This document shows, in pieces, positions 49,438 through 62,352 of a stretch of DNA of 64,000 nucleotides; position 1 is the stretch's first letter, and every line of letters starts with the position of its first letter. Source of the stretch: Oopsacas minuta. Taxonomy: Eukaryota; Animalia; Porifera. The DNA is taken from positions 1 to 64,000 of the forward strand of contig JAKMXF010000315.1 of NCBI GenBank assembly GCA_024704765.1. Direction: 5' to 3'. The translations under genes and the position numbers were made by a program. A model generated the notes under the pieces. It saw nothing but the letters and a program-made list of their open reading frames with translations. It did no database searches and was not told where the DNA came from.

Positions 49438-52400
49438 TTATACCCAAGATGTCCACCCTTCGTACATTTGAGAAAGGTTCTCAACGTTAACTGCTTCCTG
49501 AATTAGAACGTTAACTTGATTAGTTACTGAGTGATTTGTTGAAGACACTCCTCCTTGACCCTGAATTTTTAAGTGTACTCTTTTACAGACACTAGAACTA
49601 AAGTCTTTCGTTCTCAGTATATTACTAGCAATACTATCCGAAGTATCTAGTACATTATCTTGTATGAGGCTTATATCGATTAATGCTTTCAACTTATACC
49701 CCAAGAGAACATGCTGTATAGGGTTTTGCATTACAAAATATTCATCATCAAACAAAAGATGATTATCGATTCCTAGATGACTGGCGGAAAAACAAAGCAG
49801 AAATCCAATTGCCCATTTCAAAATAGACTTAAGTAAGTCAACATTCATTATTAGTTCATTCAATTTTGTGTCACCAAGGTCAAATGTTGATAAAGAGTCT
49901 AAAATATCTATCCCGTGTAGGAAATAAATGTTAATGCGAGACCAAGTATCACTTGAAGATCGTATGGCCATATTGGTTATGTTTGCGTGAACAAGTGAAA
50001 ATAACTTTGTTAGGTCCTTAGATAGTTTAGATACAGGAATACATGCTTTTGATATAGTTAAGTGATATTTAGAGATTTGGTTGACTAAGGATAATCTTGA
50101 CTGGAATAAACTTAACTCTTCCTTATTTAGATGTAACTTAAGATCTAAAATAGTTGGATTATTAAGGTTTTGTACATCAAATTTATATAAAGAGTAATGA
50201 AATTTGTTACTATTTTCAATCAGATTTAATTTATCAATGAGTCTTTTAACTTCAATCAAATCTTTGGTTATAGATTTACCAAATGATGAAAACTCTTCAG
50301 AATTCAGTCGAAATTTATTAAAGCGTAGTGTTTCAATATATAACTTTTCCATGTGATTCATTAGATAACGGAAATCAGTTATAAATATATTTCGCTTTAA
50401 TATTCCAGTTTGAATTGGTCCATATATTTGTGTTAATTCTGGATTCATCTTCAATTGTTCGATTATGTTGGAATCTATTGATTGTATCTTTTCAATTATC
50501 CGTTCCCGAGTGAGTGATAAATTACATAGATTGAAAGCAGTTAAAGTATCAATCCAATGGGTAATTTTTGATATCAAGGTACTTTCATTTAAGTAAAAAA
50601 CATTATTTAGACGATAAGCATCAATATAATCCTTTGTACGGACTATCTTACATTTAGTTAGATTTATACTAGTCTCTAATCTGTTTTTCATATCCATTTT
50701 CCTCCAAGCTATGTCAAAATTAGTTATAAGTTCGTTAACATGAGTGAAATTCAGATCTGAATGTTGTTGAAAGAATGATTCCATACTTTGTTTTACAATA
50801 ACGTCTAGAGAATCTCCTACATTAATAGAAGGCAAAAAATCCAAACTGTCCATAATGTTGAGTGAAATTGAGAGTAAGGCTTGGGTAGGAGAACCAACGA
50901 GTTTCAAAATAAGAAAGTCTGACAAATACAACTGCAGTGGACGCAATATATTTGATTCGGTATAAAATGGTAAAGTGAAGTTAGAAGATTGAACAGTCAA
51001 AATAGACAACATATCTTTACCAGTATTCAGTATCTCATATACAGTCTGGATATATTTGAAAAGAAAGAGGTCAGCTAAAATCTGGCGGTTATTAGGATGA
51101 ACAAACGTTTCCAATAATTGTGATTGTTGAAATTCATGCAATGTGTATTTTAGAGATAATGCGTTCCCTTTCCAAGAGGTGTAATCATATTCCTGAACAA
51201 GCTTCATCAATCCTAAATAATTTCGAAATATCAGGGAAACCAGTTTACATGTTGGCGAGTTTTGCTTATTGAATCTATTGTTTAGAGATTTAACGATTCT
51301 ATCAAAAATTTCAATTGCGTTAGAATGGACTTTTAATTTTTCTGTAATAAATGTAGATTGCAAAACATCTCTATATAACTTAGTGGATTCAGCAATTAAG
51401 GAGGTTAAATCTGAATTCCCTATTATTTCATCCAGATGAAAGAATATATGCTGAATATCAGCAGATTGATGAATTTCGATCAATAAATCCATGAAGTCAC
51501 GTTGGAAGTCATGGTATAGTCCCCTCATGTGGCAAAAAATTTTATTCACAACTTTCAATGATCTAACTGTCTTTGTTAATGCAGAAAAACCTGGGCCTGC
51601 TAGATGATACAATCCAATCTTTGCACACCTCAGCATCTGGTACACATTACCACTCATTGTACATAGTTCTTCCAAAAACCAATCACCTTCTTCAGACATC
51701 AATTCGCACAACTTATTCCCAGAATTTTTAGCAGTCAGTTCCATTGAATACCACTTTTCAAATTTTTCAGGCAATGATACACCAATTAAATAGAGTATAA
51801 TTTTACTATTCATATGATCATTTTGATGTACCCATTTGGAAATGCACTTGTATATATGATTGACATTCTCAGGTTCTTTAGGCGAGAGTGTAATACTTAG
51901 ATGATCGAAACGCTCTTGTAAAGTTTCCAAAGTGTTTTCTTGATTGAACAGAGATTGCAAAAGCTTTGATAAACGAGTTGTAACATATTCTCTAGTCAAA
52001 GAATACTGCTCGAAACATTTATTAAGCGCTGAAATTACTTGAGTACAATTATCCAAGGTGGAATCTACAATAAAAGTATCTAAACAATGAATCCAGTTTG
52101 GAGAATAACTACAAACCTTAAGTCGAGAAAGACTGGACTCTTCATCTAATATTGAAAGAATCTCTTGTACTATACTCACACTACATTGGAATACGTTGAT
52201 TAATTGGTTGTAAGATGCAGAATATTCTATAACTAAATCTTGTTGATGATAAGAACCAAAAGAATTGGTGAAAAGTTGAGATAGATCTTCAGGAATTTTC
52301 GATATTAACAGATTCTTTAACAAACAACCAATTGATGCAATACGATTGGTTTGGATCATTTGTTCACAACTTTGAGGAGTATAATCATTTGGCATGAATG

Positions 52401-55400
52401 TTAGAATCTTTGACCGTAAGTTAGATAGTGCGTCATTTAACTCTTCTCTGGTAGAATTTAGTTGAACTATTACACATATAATATTGTTAAATGTATTACT
52501 TTGAATTCCAGACAAATTATTTACTTGCTTTTTACACGAAGTAATTGACTCATCAAGTAAACGTATATCAGATGAGATACTTTGCAATTCTCTAAAATGA
52601 TGATTTAGGATATCGAGATCTCGAATCGATTGCAAAAAGACATGCTTCCATTCTTGCCAACTATCAATGACAGTCATTGAGAGAAAAGTTTCATCATCTA
52701 TAGACCTTCCTAGCGTTCGGTCTACAAAGAATCGATCGAGAATATGCCATTGATCAATTGATGTACCATCAGTGAAGTCTGTTAAAGGATAATATTCAAT
52801 TGTTTGGAGAAGAGATAAAACTATTTCCTCTTCTTTCATGAGTGTTAACAAAACATTCTCACATGAATTTCTAAAAGTCCCCTCAATATCCGATGGACCA
52901 AGAGCTCGTCGAAAGTTTTGCGTCAATCTAAAAGGAACCATTTCTGGAACTCTAAGTTTCTGCCCATTTTCAAAACATACATTATAATCTACATGAATTA
53001 TCTCACCTGTTGCAAAATCCAATAGTATATTATCCAAATGACGATCACCAAGACCAATGATGTATCCAATTATTGACATAACTGCCAGTGAACGACAAAA
53101 ACTTTGTTGAATAACCCACCATTCACCTGCACAAGAGCTAGCATACCATAACTCGCTACTAATTAGAATTGAGGGTGTTTCATATTGTAATTCTAGAAAC
53201 ACTTCTCTCAGAATATCTTTAGGCAAACTTTTTCTCGTAGATTCGTAGCAAGGTCCGATTGAAATCCCACGAAATTCTAAATAAGAATTAATTTTACTGT
53301 AAAAAATTTCCTTCGGTTTTATTGGAGGAATATTATCATGACAACCTTTGTCTGAAACATCAGTCAAATCTGTGTTGTCAAATCGTTGAGATGTATTCTT
53401 ATTAAGTTGACACCGCTTGTACAAAGTAAAAATAGGAGTAGCATTATTAACCCACTCAATAATACCAGAACAATCTCCCAAGGGGGTGACAGCATAATGT
53501 CTAGCTTGAAATAATCCACGTTGGTGAGAATTTGACTCTAAAAAACTGCGATTAATTATGGATAACATTTGCATTATCGTTTGGTCAAGATGCAAATCTT
53601 CAAGGCCTTTAAATAAGAAATTATGATGTTTTCCATCTGATCCATGAAATCCAATCTTCTTGGGTCTAGTTTTTGTTGGTTGAATAGAAATTTCTGAACA
53701 TACTTTAGTTAATGTAATAGGTTTGTCATCAATTGTGGTGATCCCAGGGAGAAATACTATGTCAGGTACAATAGAATAAAGCGCAGGGCTCAGAGTAAAA
53801 ACATTAAGCATTTGATTCAGGGATTGCTTCTGATGCAAAGATACAAATAAATCGAGTAGTAATTTAAACGCATCGCGAATCCTCGAATCACTGTGTAAAT
53901 CATTTGGCTCTCGCAAAACATACATATAATGCCTGATAAAAATATTGTGATTATTCTGAAATGTCTGTTCAAATGGAGTTTCTGGGGATTTTGATATTAT
54001 TTCGACTAGACTCTCAAGTACATGGAGAAGTGGTGACATTAATATCTGATATTTTAAATCCATTAGTTTAGCAAGGAATCTTTCGTCAAGATTAGAGGTT
54101 AAGAGTTTTCTTAGTTCAAATTCAAATTGGTGTAAAGCTTTAATAAAATCATTATGGATGGATGAAAGACAGGCAAACCAAAGTTCGTCCCATAGAAGAG
54201 TCACTCTCTGAAACTCGTTAATAAGGCATCGAGTAATGCTAACCATAGCACCATTTCGCTGGGAAATACATTCCAAAACATTTGATAAGCAACAGGATGT
54301 GGTATTATCTTTCGAATGATCTAATTCTTTGATTGTACTTGAATTTGAGATTGGATTAGATAATATGGCTTTATATAACAACAAATGAGGCCAGAATTCA
54401 GATATCCGACTTAGTAATGATGTAAGAATATGCCTTACTCCAGAGATTTTGTGATCTAACTTACTGATTAACTGAGGTAATATCTTTTTCCAAACAACAG
54501 GAGGCGTTGAATAATACCCAACATAAAAACACTGTTTCATCTCGACGTAATATTTTTCTGTTAATCGAAGGAGTCTAAGTGTTGCGAGAATTGTATTTCT
54601 TTCCATATTCTGCTCTAATGATTTTGAGAGAAAGGTGAAGTAAGCTTGCACAGATTTATTATATGAGGCAAATACTCTCTTCAAAATATCATCAATAATA
54701 TCAATAAGCTTCGGAGGACAAGGATGTTCCTTAAGAGATGGAAATAGCAGACATAGTTTCTCAACAATGAAAACTCTGTTCGAATCATGAATGTTATATT
54801 GCCTTTCTCCTTGTTCTAAGATATCATCGTCTCTAATTATTTGAGAGATCATTTTTGAACAGGTGGTGATAACATTAAATCTCTCTTTCTCTGGTAGATC
54901 TGCTGGAAGTATATTCAATATACTCTCTTCCTCGGACGAAAGAAGAGCAGAATGTATATTCATAGATGAAATATTGTTGTGAAGTTTTTCTCCAACTGCA
55001 TAGTTCCACTTTGCAAAATTTAGCCAGGCCTTTGCTAAACCAGAAGAATAAAGCTCACTCGCAACGCGTTGTAAAAGTCCTGTAATACAATCTTGCCAAG
55101 TTAGCTCTTGTGATAAGAGATTTCCCACAAAAAGGATACTAGATAGTCCGGGGCCTTTAGATGTATCATGTGAAACTAGATTAAATAATGACACATCTGC
55201 TTGAAACCATTTGCTAAGGGTGGAAAACATCTTAGTGATATATTCACGTGAAAGGATAGATAAATTGTCTAAAATAAGAAGATAGTTAGCATATGAACTT
55301 ATAATAATTTGACAAGCTATTAGCTTTTCATTTTTACAGTACAGTAATTTGCTACATTCATAATAAAGTGGTAGATTGATTTCTTGTAATTCAATAGATG

Positions 55401-56133
55401 AAGAAAAGGATGCGAGTTTGCTATGAAGAACATTGCAAGTCTCTATAAATGATAATTTAGAAGATATGCTTAGTGTTTTAGAAACAAGATTATGGATGTA
55501 AAACTCTGCGAATTCAATGTTACCTTGTTTACGAGCCAATCTTGATAGAGAGATTAGGATGTTATTAATAGAAAGTGCATTGACATTTGGAGTATTCTTT
55601 GAAAGCATAAATATATGTACCCAAATTGCTAAATCATGTTGGAACGGGTCAAGCTTCATTGAATATAATCCCAAAGTATTTAAAGCTGAACCCACTGGCT
55701 GTGAAAGTCGAAATTTTTCAGGATGTGCTGCGCGGATTGCTGCAATAACTTGCAATTGCAATCCATGGTATGGCATTAGAACAATTGGCCATTCTAGAGC
55801 ACAAACACGTAAGGGTGCTTCAGCATATGCTGAAGCCTGCTTGAGCCAACGTCTCCACTTGGAAATGTTAGTACGATCAGGTCGAGGAGGGCCAAAGGCT
55901 AATGGCTTAAAATCACATTCATCTGGTGACCACTCCAATTCATCTTCAATTGTGCTCATATAAGAACTACTATACTTTGGAAGCATACCGCGAATGAGGA
56001 GTGTTTGGCTGTAATGTAAGTGTTGATTATGAGTCCACAACAAAAGATGATCCGTCAAATCAAAAAAAGATTTCGTGAGATTAAAACATGGAGCTTTGAA
56101 AGAATTGTCGTAAAATTCTGAAAGTGCTGTAAT
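49438..56133 (-). CDS. SMG1: Serine/threonine-protein kinase SMG1, terminal exon (FAT, FRB, PIKK kinase, insertion, FATC)
   Basis: KPTKTRPKK-like IQPTKTRPKKI, FLFKGLEDLHLD, YIIGLGDRHLDNILLD, HVDYNVCFENGQKLRVPEMVPFRLTQN, FATC ..LSQMYEGWTSWV; the frame stays open to 56133, preceded by pyrimidine-rich TTTTATTTAG (acceptor AG at 56135-56134). Confidence 0.95.
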   Translation of the reverse strand: MTALSEFYDNSFKAPCFNLTKSFFDLTDHLLLWTHNQHLHYSQTLLIRGMLPKYSSSYMSTIEDELEWSPDECDFKPLAFGPPRPDRTNISKWRRWLKQASAYAEAPLRVCALEWPIVLMPYHGLQLQVIAAIRAAHPEKFRLSQPVGSALNTLGLYSMKLDPFQHDLAIWVHIFMLSKNTPNVNALSINNILISLSRLARKQGNIEFAEFYIHNLVSKTLSISSKLSFIETCNVLHSKLASFSSSIELQEINLPLYYECSKLLYCKNEKLIACQIIISSYANYLLILDNLSILSREYITKMFSTLSKWFQADVSLFNLVSHDTSKGPGLSSILFVGNLLSQELTWQDCITGLLQRVASELYSSGLAKAWLNFAKWNYAVGEKLHNNISSMNIHSALLSSEEESILNILPADLPEKERFNVITTCSKMISQIIRDDDILEQGERQYNIHDSNRVFIVEKLCLLFPSLKEHPCPPKLIDIIDDILKRVFASYNKSVQAYFTFLSKSLEQNMERNTILATLRLLRLTEKYYVEMKQCFYVGYYSTPPVVWKKILPQLISKLDHKISGVRHILTSLLSRISEFWPHLLLYKAILSNPISNSSTIKELDHSKDNTTSCCLSNVLECISQRNGAMVSITRCLINEFQRVTLLWDELWFACLSSIHNDFIKALHQFEFELRKLLTSNLDERFLAKLMDLKYQILMSPLLHVLESLVEIISKSPETPFEQTFQNNHNIFIRHYMYVLREPNDLHSDSRIRDAFKLLLDLFVSLHQKQSLNQMLNVFTLSPALYSIVPDIVFLPGITTIDDKPITLTKVCSEISIQPTKTRPKKIGFHGSDGKHHNFLFKGLEDLHLDQTIMQMLSIINRSFLESNSHQRGLFQARHYAVTPLGDCSGIIEWVNNATPIFTLYKRCQLNKNTSQRFDNTDLTDVSDKGCHDNIPPIKPKEIFYSKINSYLEFRGISIGPCYESTRKSLPKDILREVFLELQYETPSILISSELWYASSCAGEWWVIQQSFCRSLAVMSIIGYIIGLGDRHLDNILLDFATGEIIHVDYNVCFENGQKLRVPEMVPFRLTQNFRRALGPSDIEGTFRNSCENVLLTLMKEEEIVLSLLQTIEYYPLTDFTDGTSIDQWHILDRFFVDRTLGRSIDDETFLSMTVIDSWQEWKHVFLQSIRDLDILNHHFRELQSISSDIRLLDESITSCKKQVNNLSGIQSNTFNNIICVIVQLNSTREELNDALSNLRSKILTFMPNDYTPQSCEQMIQTNRIASIGCLLKNLLISKIPEDLSQLFTNSFGSYHQQDLVIEYSASYNQLINVFQCSVSIVQEILSILDEESSLSRLKVCSYSPNWIHCLDTFIVDSTLDNCTQVISALNKCFEQYSLTREYVTTRLSKLLQSLFNQENTLETLQERFDHLSITLSPKEPENVNHIYKCISKWVHQNDHMNSKIILYLIGVSLPEKFEKWYSMELTAKNSGNKLCELMSEEGDWFLEELCTMSGNVYQMLRCAKIGLYHLAGPGFSALTKTVRSLKVVNKIFCHMRGLYHDFQRDFMDLLIEIHQSADIQHIFFHLDEIIGNSDLTSLIAESTKLYRDVLQSTFITEKLKVHSNAIEIFDRIVKSLNNRFNKQNSPTCKLVSLIFRNYLGLMKLVQEYDYTSWKGNALSLKYTLHEFQQSQLLETFVHPNNRQILADLFLFKYIQTVYEILNTGKDMLSILTVQSSNFTLPFYTESNILRPLQLYLSDFLILKLVGSPTQALLSISLNIMDSLDFLPSINVGDSLDVIVKQSMESFFQQHSDLNFTHVNELITNFDIAWRKMDMKNRLETSINLTKCKIVRTKDYIDAYRLNNVFYLNESTLISKITHWIDTLTAFNLCNLSLTRERIIEKIQSIDSNIIEQLKMNPELTQIYGPIQTGILKRNIFITDFRYLMNHMEKLYIETLRFNKFRLNSEEFSSFGKSITKDLIEVKRLIDKLNLIENSNKFHYSLYKFDVQNLNNPTILDLKLHLNKEELSLFQSRLSLVNQISKYHLTISKACIPVSKLSKDLTKLFSLVHANITNMAIRSSSDTWSRINIYFLHGIDILDSLSTFDLGDTKLNELIMNVDLLKSILKWAIGFLLCFSASHLGIDNHLLFDDEYFVMQNPIQHVLLGYKLKALIDISLIQDNVLDTSDSIASNILRTKDFSSSVCKRVHLKIQGQGGVSSTNHSVTNQVNVLIQEAVNVENLSQMYEGWTSWV

Positions 56134-57159
56134 CTAAATAAAATTGACAAAGTATTAGGATCCAACTAGAATAGGGGTAAAAGGATAGAGTTTTCCAAGG
56201 CAGAACTAGGATGTGGTAAATTTTGCCCAAAAATTTTAATAATAAATATGGGTCAAGTGGGTTTATTAGAGGATTTTGTGGGTTCGCACGTAAGAAGTAA
56301 GGAGGTAAATTGCGAAAGTCGCGATATCGTGGTATGGAATTGATTCAAAAATTAGAGATCTACTTTGCGATTTTGTTTCACATGTATCAAGCTAATTCGA
56401 TAGTCGAAACAGTATATGCTCAACCTTATCAAATTTCCCCATAAATTATACAGGCTTTAGGTTTAAAATGTGAAATATTTGAAAATCTAGAAATCACCTA
56501 TTCCTTACAATCCATTCTAAATCCAAATTATTATTATCTGTGCTTGTTCTCAGTTGTTTTCCTTATTTGTCTGCCTGTTTATCGGTAGTCAAGGAAATAA
56601 TTTTTGGTATGTTGTTTTGAATGTGAGTTTTGTGATTCTGAGATGTTGAATCCGATTTTATACTTTTGAATTAATCATACGTAGGGATGGTAGATATGCT
56701 GTTAAGCGCATGTTTTACTGTTAACTATTAACATCATCAAGTTGCAGTTAACAGCAAATGTATTCTAACTAACTAACTATTCCGAAATTCTTGTTCAACT
56801 AAGCTGTTAACATCTGGTTAGTAATTGTTAAGAGTTGGATACTTCCAGTAATTGACAGTATGATATTTAGGGTTAACAGCAAACATTCTTCACTTCAAAT
56901 CATGTCATTAATTATAATATCTGCGTTTTAGTACGGTATCGATATAGTGAGTGTTTCATCAAGATACAAACTAGAATCATTGTTTCCATCCCTACTGATA
57001 CTCACATAGCTGTATGAGTGTATATATTTGGTCTGATTAGTCTGTTCATAGCCTACCAAATATATGGCCAAGTATTAAAAGTAGCAGGATGCAATATTAG
57101 TTGAAAGAATTGTTATTTACATTGTTTGTATATTGCAGAAGCAGTACAGTTTTGCCCGA

Positions 57160-57840
57160 ATATATGCTAAAAACATCTAGAAATGTGTCAAAATATATCA
57201 TTCTTTGACGCCTTGTGAACAGTATAATTTGTATCATCATCTCAAAGGGAATATATCAAATGCTCTATAGATACCATTATACAAAAAATCAATATTTTGT
57301 CATACAAAATTTATGCTCGTTGTTAATTTAAGTTAGAGATCATGGATGACAAATCTTTATGAATGATCAACTATAACTCCTGAATTGTAAAAAATATGGT
57401 AAAATCAGAATAGCCAATTTACAATATAAATCCGACTTTTCCCATACCCCTGTAATAAATTTTGATCTGAAATAATTGAAGAGTACTTCGCAATCTTGAA
57501 AATGACCATAAACGATCATCGTTATATTGGTAGGAAAAATCATATCAGACTGTGTACAAGAGTATGGGAAGTAAGGTATATAGTTTAAATTAGCTGTTCT
57601 AATTTTACAATAATTTTACCGAATCTCAAGTTATAATTGAATATTCACAAAGATTTGTCATCCATGATCCCTAACGTAACTAAAGAACGAGCATAAATTT
57701 GTATGACGAAATACTGATATCATAGATAAAGGTATCTATGGATCATTTTCATATATTCACTTTGAGATGATGAATGCAAAATTTAACTTTCACAAGTCAC
57801 CAAAGAATGATATATTTTAGTAAAAAATGGATATTAGACA
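57160..57840. repeat. Long imperfect fold-back element in the presumed SMG1 intron
   Basis: Arms such as GATCATGGATGACAAATC and GATTTGTCATCCATGATC, and TCATCATCTCAAAG and CTTTGAGATGATGA, centred near 57500. Confidence 0.7.
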
Positions 57841-58649
57841 GATTTTGAGTGTATGAATTAACTACTTATGAAGGATCTAACTACCATAATAAACGACAGT
57901 TATACTATATTATTACCCCAAATTCATAAACCTGGTTTGTATTCTAAATAGTCATGGAGGACGAAGTCCCAGGGGCAAGAAAAGGAGTCCAAAACTTGTG
58001 AATAAATATTCATCACCACCTCATATGAGATTTTTTGGAAGAAATTACTCTTAATTTGACTCTGCAACAAATTAGGATAAGTAGTTTCCCAATATCATTT
58101 GGGTTTTCTAAAATTTTAAGGAAATTTGTGCGGTTATTCAGGGAAGTATAGTATATATAATTGAGTGCAGGGTTCTGCAAACTTTCAATTTGATCAGGTC
58201 GTATATTCGTCATAATTCATCAGGCCACATTCAATTCAATTAATGCTGCCAACTGAGTTGATCTTTCCTTTGCGACCATTTCACATTCGCAGAGATGTCT
58301 GGTTTTGTGATAGCTACAAATCAATAATATATATACACATCTATATATACTACTTTTATAGATTCGATTGAAGGATACAGAAACTCAGTATTCGAATATA
58401 GGACCATGGTAGTGCTAGAAAAACTTAGGTGCTTTAGTGTATACAGCCACCAATATGCCAAACGCTTAGTTAAGACACTAAAATACATAGTGTATACACA
58501 ATATACGAATACTGCCGGGACCGAGAAAAAATATTCCTATATGGTGTATATTCTTATATATTCACTACAATGGTAATTCAATTCGTTTTTCTCAAGTTAT
58601 TATGGCGAACAAATTTTGACCGCCCCTTTGTGTGTTAACATAAACGAGG

Positions 58650-58910
58650 TACATACATACATACATACATACATACATACATACATACATACATACATAC
58701 ATACATACATACATACATACATACATACATACATACATACATACATACATAACACATTAACATACATACATACATACATACATACATACATACATACCAA
58801 GATACATACATACATACATACATACATACATACATACATACATACATACATACATACATACATACATACATACATACATACATACATACATACATACATA
58901 GATACATACA
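58650..58910. repeat. (TACA)n microsatellite with two short interruptions
   Basis: Direct reading; resumes for a few units at 59443-59468. Confidence 0.98.
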
Positions 58911-59442
58911 TGTGTTGCAGTCCAACTGCGAATGGGCTGGCCCATTTGCGAATTGACCAACACAACTGCCTATTCGCTAATAGACCAATTTGAATTGGTC
59001 TGAATGCGAATTATTTTTCAGATTTACACATATTCATTAAGATATCTAGATAAGGTTATGCCATATTCAATTTATTGCTTGTCAATATACTAATTTATCC
59101 CTGTCCGTCCCAATATTAATCGCTAGCAAAAATCAAGGTCCTAAGGCAAACCAGGAGAAGCAAATGAAAGTGACAATGCAGTTCACCTGGGTCAACGCAC
59201 ATTAACGAATTACGCAATAGGCAATACAAAATAACACATATAAACTACTGTTATTGCATTCAGCGAAATATTAACTGGTTCCAGAAAGCATATAAGCGAT
59301 TATATGTATGACAATTAGTCTTGACCACACAGAAATAACAAATCCGCACTCGGACCAATTCAAATTGGTCTATTCACGAATAGGCAGTTGTGTTGGTCAA
59401 CTCGCAAATGGGCCAACCCATCCGCAGCTGGACTGCAACACA
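58911..59442. mobile_element. 532-bp non-autonomous TIR element with TGT..ACA ends (Ginger-like) inserted in the microsatellite
   Basis: TGTGTTGCAGTCC and GGACTGCAACACA; about 100-bp TIRs; TACA on both flanks. Confidence 0.7.
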
Positions 59443-61689
59443 TACATACATACATACATACATACATAATTTACGATTCATATCTACAAGATAATATGCC
59501 TTCCAGATGGAATAACCCGGAAGGTCTATACATATATAGATATACTACTAAAACCAGATATGAAACTATAGTAGAAAATCGCGTTTCCACCGCAACTCAG
59601 AACACCAATATTGAATTATGATAACTCATAATCAAGAAATAATCAAAACACACAATAACATTGAGCGTTCACGAACATACAGTTAATATTGAGTTTTCCA
59701 ATAAACATACATATATGTTTCTATGTCGAGATTGAGTAAATAATAGGAAGACCCCCAGGGTTGATTATAGCATACAGGGTTTTTTGGCCGGTTAGGACAA
59801 TTCGAATCTTGGACAAAAATCCATATTCATGTCGGATTTATGACGTAATTGCTATCTTGTTCTGATTTACGAAAATTACATTATTAGATACTGGTAAGGC
59901 AATATATTTGTAGAAATATGCAAATATATTCACAGATTCCTCTCAATATGCAAAATCTCCTAACCTCATGATTTAGAAAATGCCCAGCTCATCATGGTAT
60001 TATTAGGTCAACATTACAAGCACAAAAATATCAAAAATTTGAGAATTTCTTAATCTTCCATGCATGAGGTGCACAAATTACTAACAAATTGTCACTTAAC
60101 TAAAGTTGTAATTATCACAAAAGGCCATTAAATGCAATTTGGATGGGCAATGGATAATACAACAATTAAATTTCCGGTATTTATTCACCTTGTGGAATGT
60201 AGTGGTATGAGTGTTCCGTAGCATAGCTACCATATGTACCAAGAAGTATAGCTGATTCATACTTAATCAAAAATGAGGCTTTAAGCTGTGGCGCTAGCAT
60301 AGAATGTACTGTGGAACGAACGTTTATGGGTGCTATTTCAGGATTATAATTTACATATTTGATGTTATGGGTTCGTTCAGGTTGGACACGACCTGAAAAA
60401 CCCAGTTTGTGGAATGTTTTTAGGATAAGTGTAAGTGCGAATATTGGCTAGGTAGTGATATTTTTGTGCGAGAAGGGAAATTGGCTATACTGGCTCGCTT
60501 CACTTACTGAGGTTAATTTACATTAGATATAGGTTGAATAAAACGGTTAAATTTCGAATATTGTTTTTTTCGCTACTAGCGTTTCCCACCTTCGGAGCAG
60601 TACCATGCAGCTACCTGTCTGGAGAGAGCTTTTCGTCCGGATGAGCAAATAATGGACGAGCTGCATGGGCTAAGGATTTGTTAATAGGATACCCGGGGGA
60701 AACAGGGAATCTAAACTGCCAACCCTAAAGCGCTGCGTAAATGGGTGACATATATGATTCTTTGTTCAAGGCTAACGTTGAATCTTTGACAAGACTGGAA
60801 CTTCCCAAGCCAGGCCCAAAAATGTCCTTGTATTCCAAAAATCTGCATTGATGGTCTTACAATTTTTCAATCAATTTTGCACATACACAGGTATATTCCC
60901 GTTACAAAATTTAGCGGACACTCAAAAATACTATTGAGAATAACATCATACAAGATCTAATAATCCACGGTAATGTATTCACATGAGATATTGCAATTTA
61001 GAAATGAGAGTCGTATTCTAAGCATCCAGATTATCTAACGAACAACCTTTCAACTAAATAAGGTATCGAATTGCCTGAAAGATATCATCAATTTTCGCTT
61101 TAAATCACCTTTTGTCAATTGCAACCATAGGAACTGACAGGAACAAGTGGCACAATGTGGAAACTGTACAAAAAATCAAAATTCTCTAATTTCGAGAAAT
61201 TTAGAATTTCTTAATACACGAGGTAGGAAGTACCGAGATTACAAACCAAAAGCCACGTGGAGGTGCAGCGTTACAACTAAGCACATTAAATGGAATTTGG
61301 ATGAACCATGGATAGTAAACAAACTTAATTCCCTGTTTTATACCCGATACGCGTGGTGCCGGGCATACTCCGTCGTATAGCGACAACAAGCACTGAGAAA
61401 TGTTGCTGTTTAATAGCTAAGCCTGATTTCGGAATCTGTCCTATGATTATTCTGAGTTCGGAATGTTTCATACGGTAAATTAGATCCCATTGAAATGTCT
61501 ATATTGTGAGTTGTTTATCATTACCAACATCAGTATTATGAAAAATTAATTTGTTGCTTTTTAACAACAATTTGTCTTCATTTAGAAATGAGTTTTTTGT
61601 TTGTTATGTTTCAGCAATTTCAATGCTAACAGCAATAAAATTTCTACTTGTACACAAACACATATATAAATTACGTTGTATGGTTGCTT

Positions 61690-62110
61690 GTTAATATTTT
61701 GAACCATATTTGCCACAATTTTCTTGTTATTTTAGGGAATATTCTATTGTCGAAGGGAAATATTGAACTCAAAGAACTACGAGGTCAAGGATACCGTTAT
61801 AATAAAGTTCGAGAATCTCCAAATTTAATCTTTCTCAAGTGTACATTACTTCGGACAAATAGCTGTGAGTCCTTTGGCAAAATAGGCAAAATGACAGATC
61901 TGCTTGAAGTGACAAATCTGCATAATCCTTTGTCAAATCTCATAATAAAGAGAAAATTATCCTTTGTAAACAAATAAAGCGAAAGACAGAAATTACAATT
62001 GCGAACTTAGAGAAATATTAAATGAATGCTGCCGAGAATATATTGGCATATATTCTGTGACTTGTAAGAAATTGGAAGCAAGAGGTGTAAGAGAAGGAGG
62101 AAAATTCAGC
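61690..62110 (+). pseudogene. FLYWCH-like zinc finger / MULE transposase N-terminal relic
   Basis: GYRYNKVRES..IFLKCTL..NSC..TNLHN pattern of Tyr, Cys and His residues. Confidence 0.5.
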
Positions 62111-62352
62111 CGAGATTACCCTCACGCGCAGTGGCGTACCAAGGTGACGTTCCGCCCCGGGTGCCAGTCAAAGAGGGGTGCCAAATTTGACTGAGAGAGA
62201 TACATTATACTATATAATTTAGAGATTCAAGATGTTATAATTGCGTTCCTGTACATACCCGATAAACGATAATACGTTTATCAAACAAAATATATTCATC
62301 ATGCCAAAATTATAACATTCAAAACATATGTTGTAAACAAAGATCCCACATA

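Noticed and set aside
55517-55963. 148-aa plus-strand ORF antisense to SMG1
   Set aside because: Shadow ORF without recognisable motifs; the same applies to 49270-49506 and to ORFs overlapping UGGT and PEX5.
58600-58993. ORFs of 68-125 aa with MYVC/HTYI repeats
   Set aside because: They are translations of the (TACA)n microsatellite.
60590-60780. GC-richer structured-looking stretch, possible ribozyme or retroelement UTR
   Set aside because: Core is CGGATGAG rather than CTGATGAG and no GAAA motif is correctly placed; no HDV-like fold could be built by eye.
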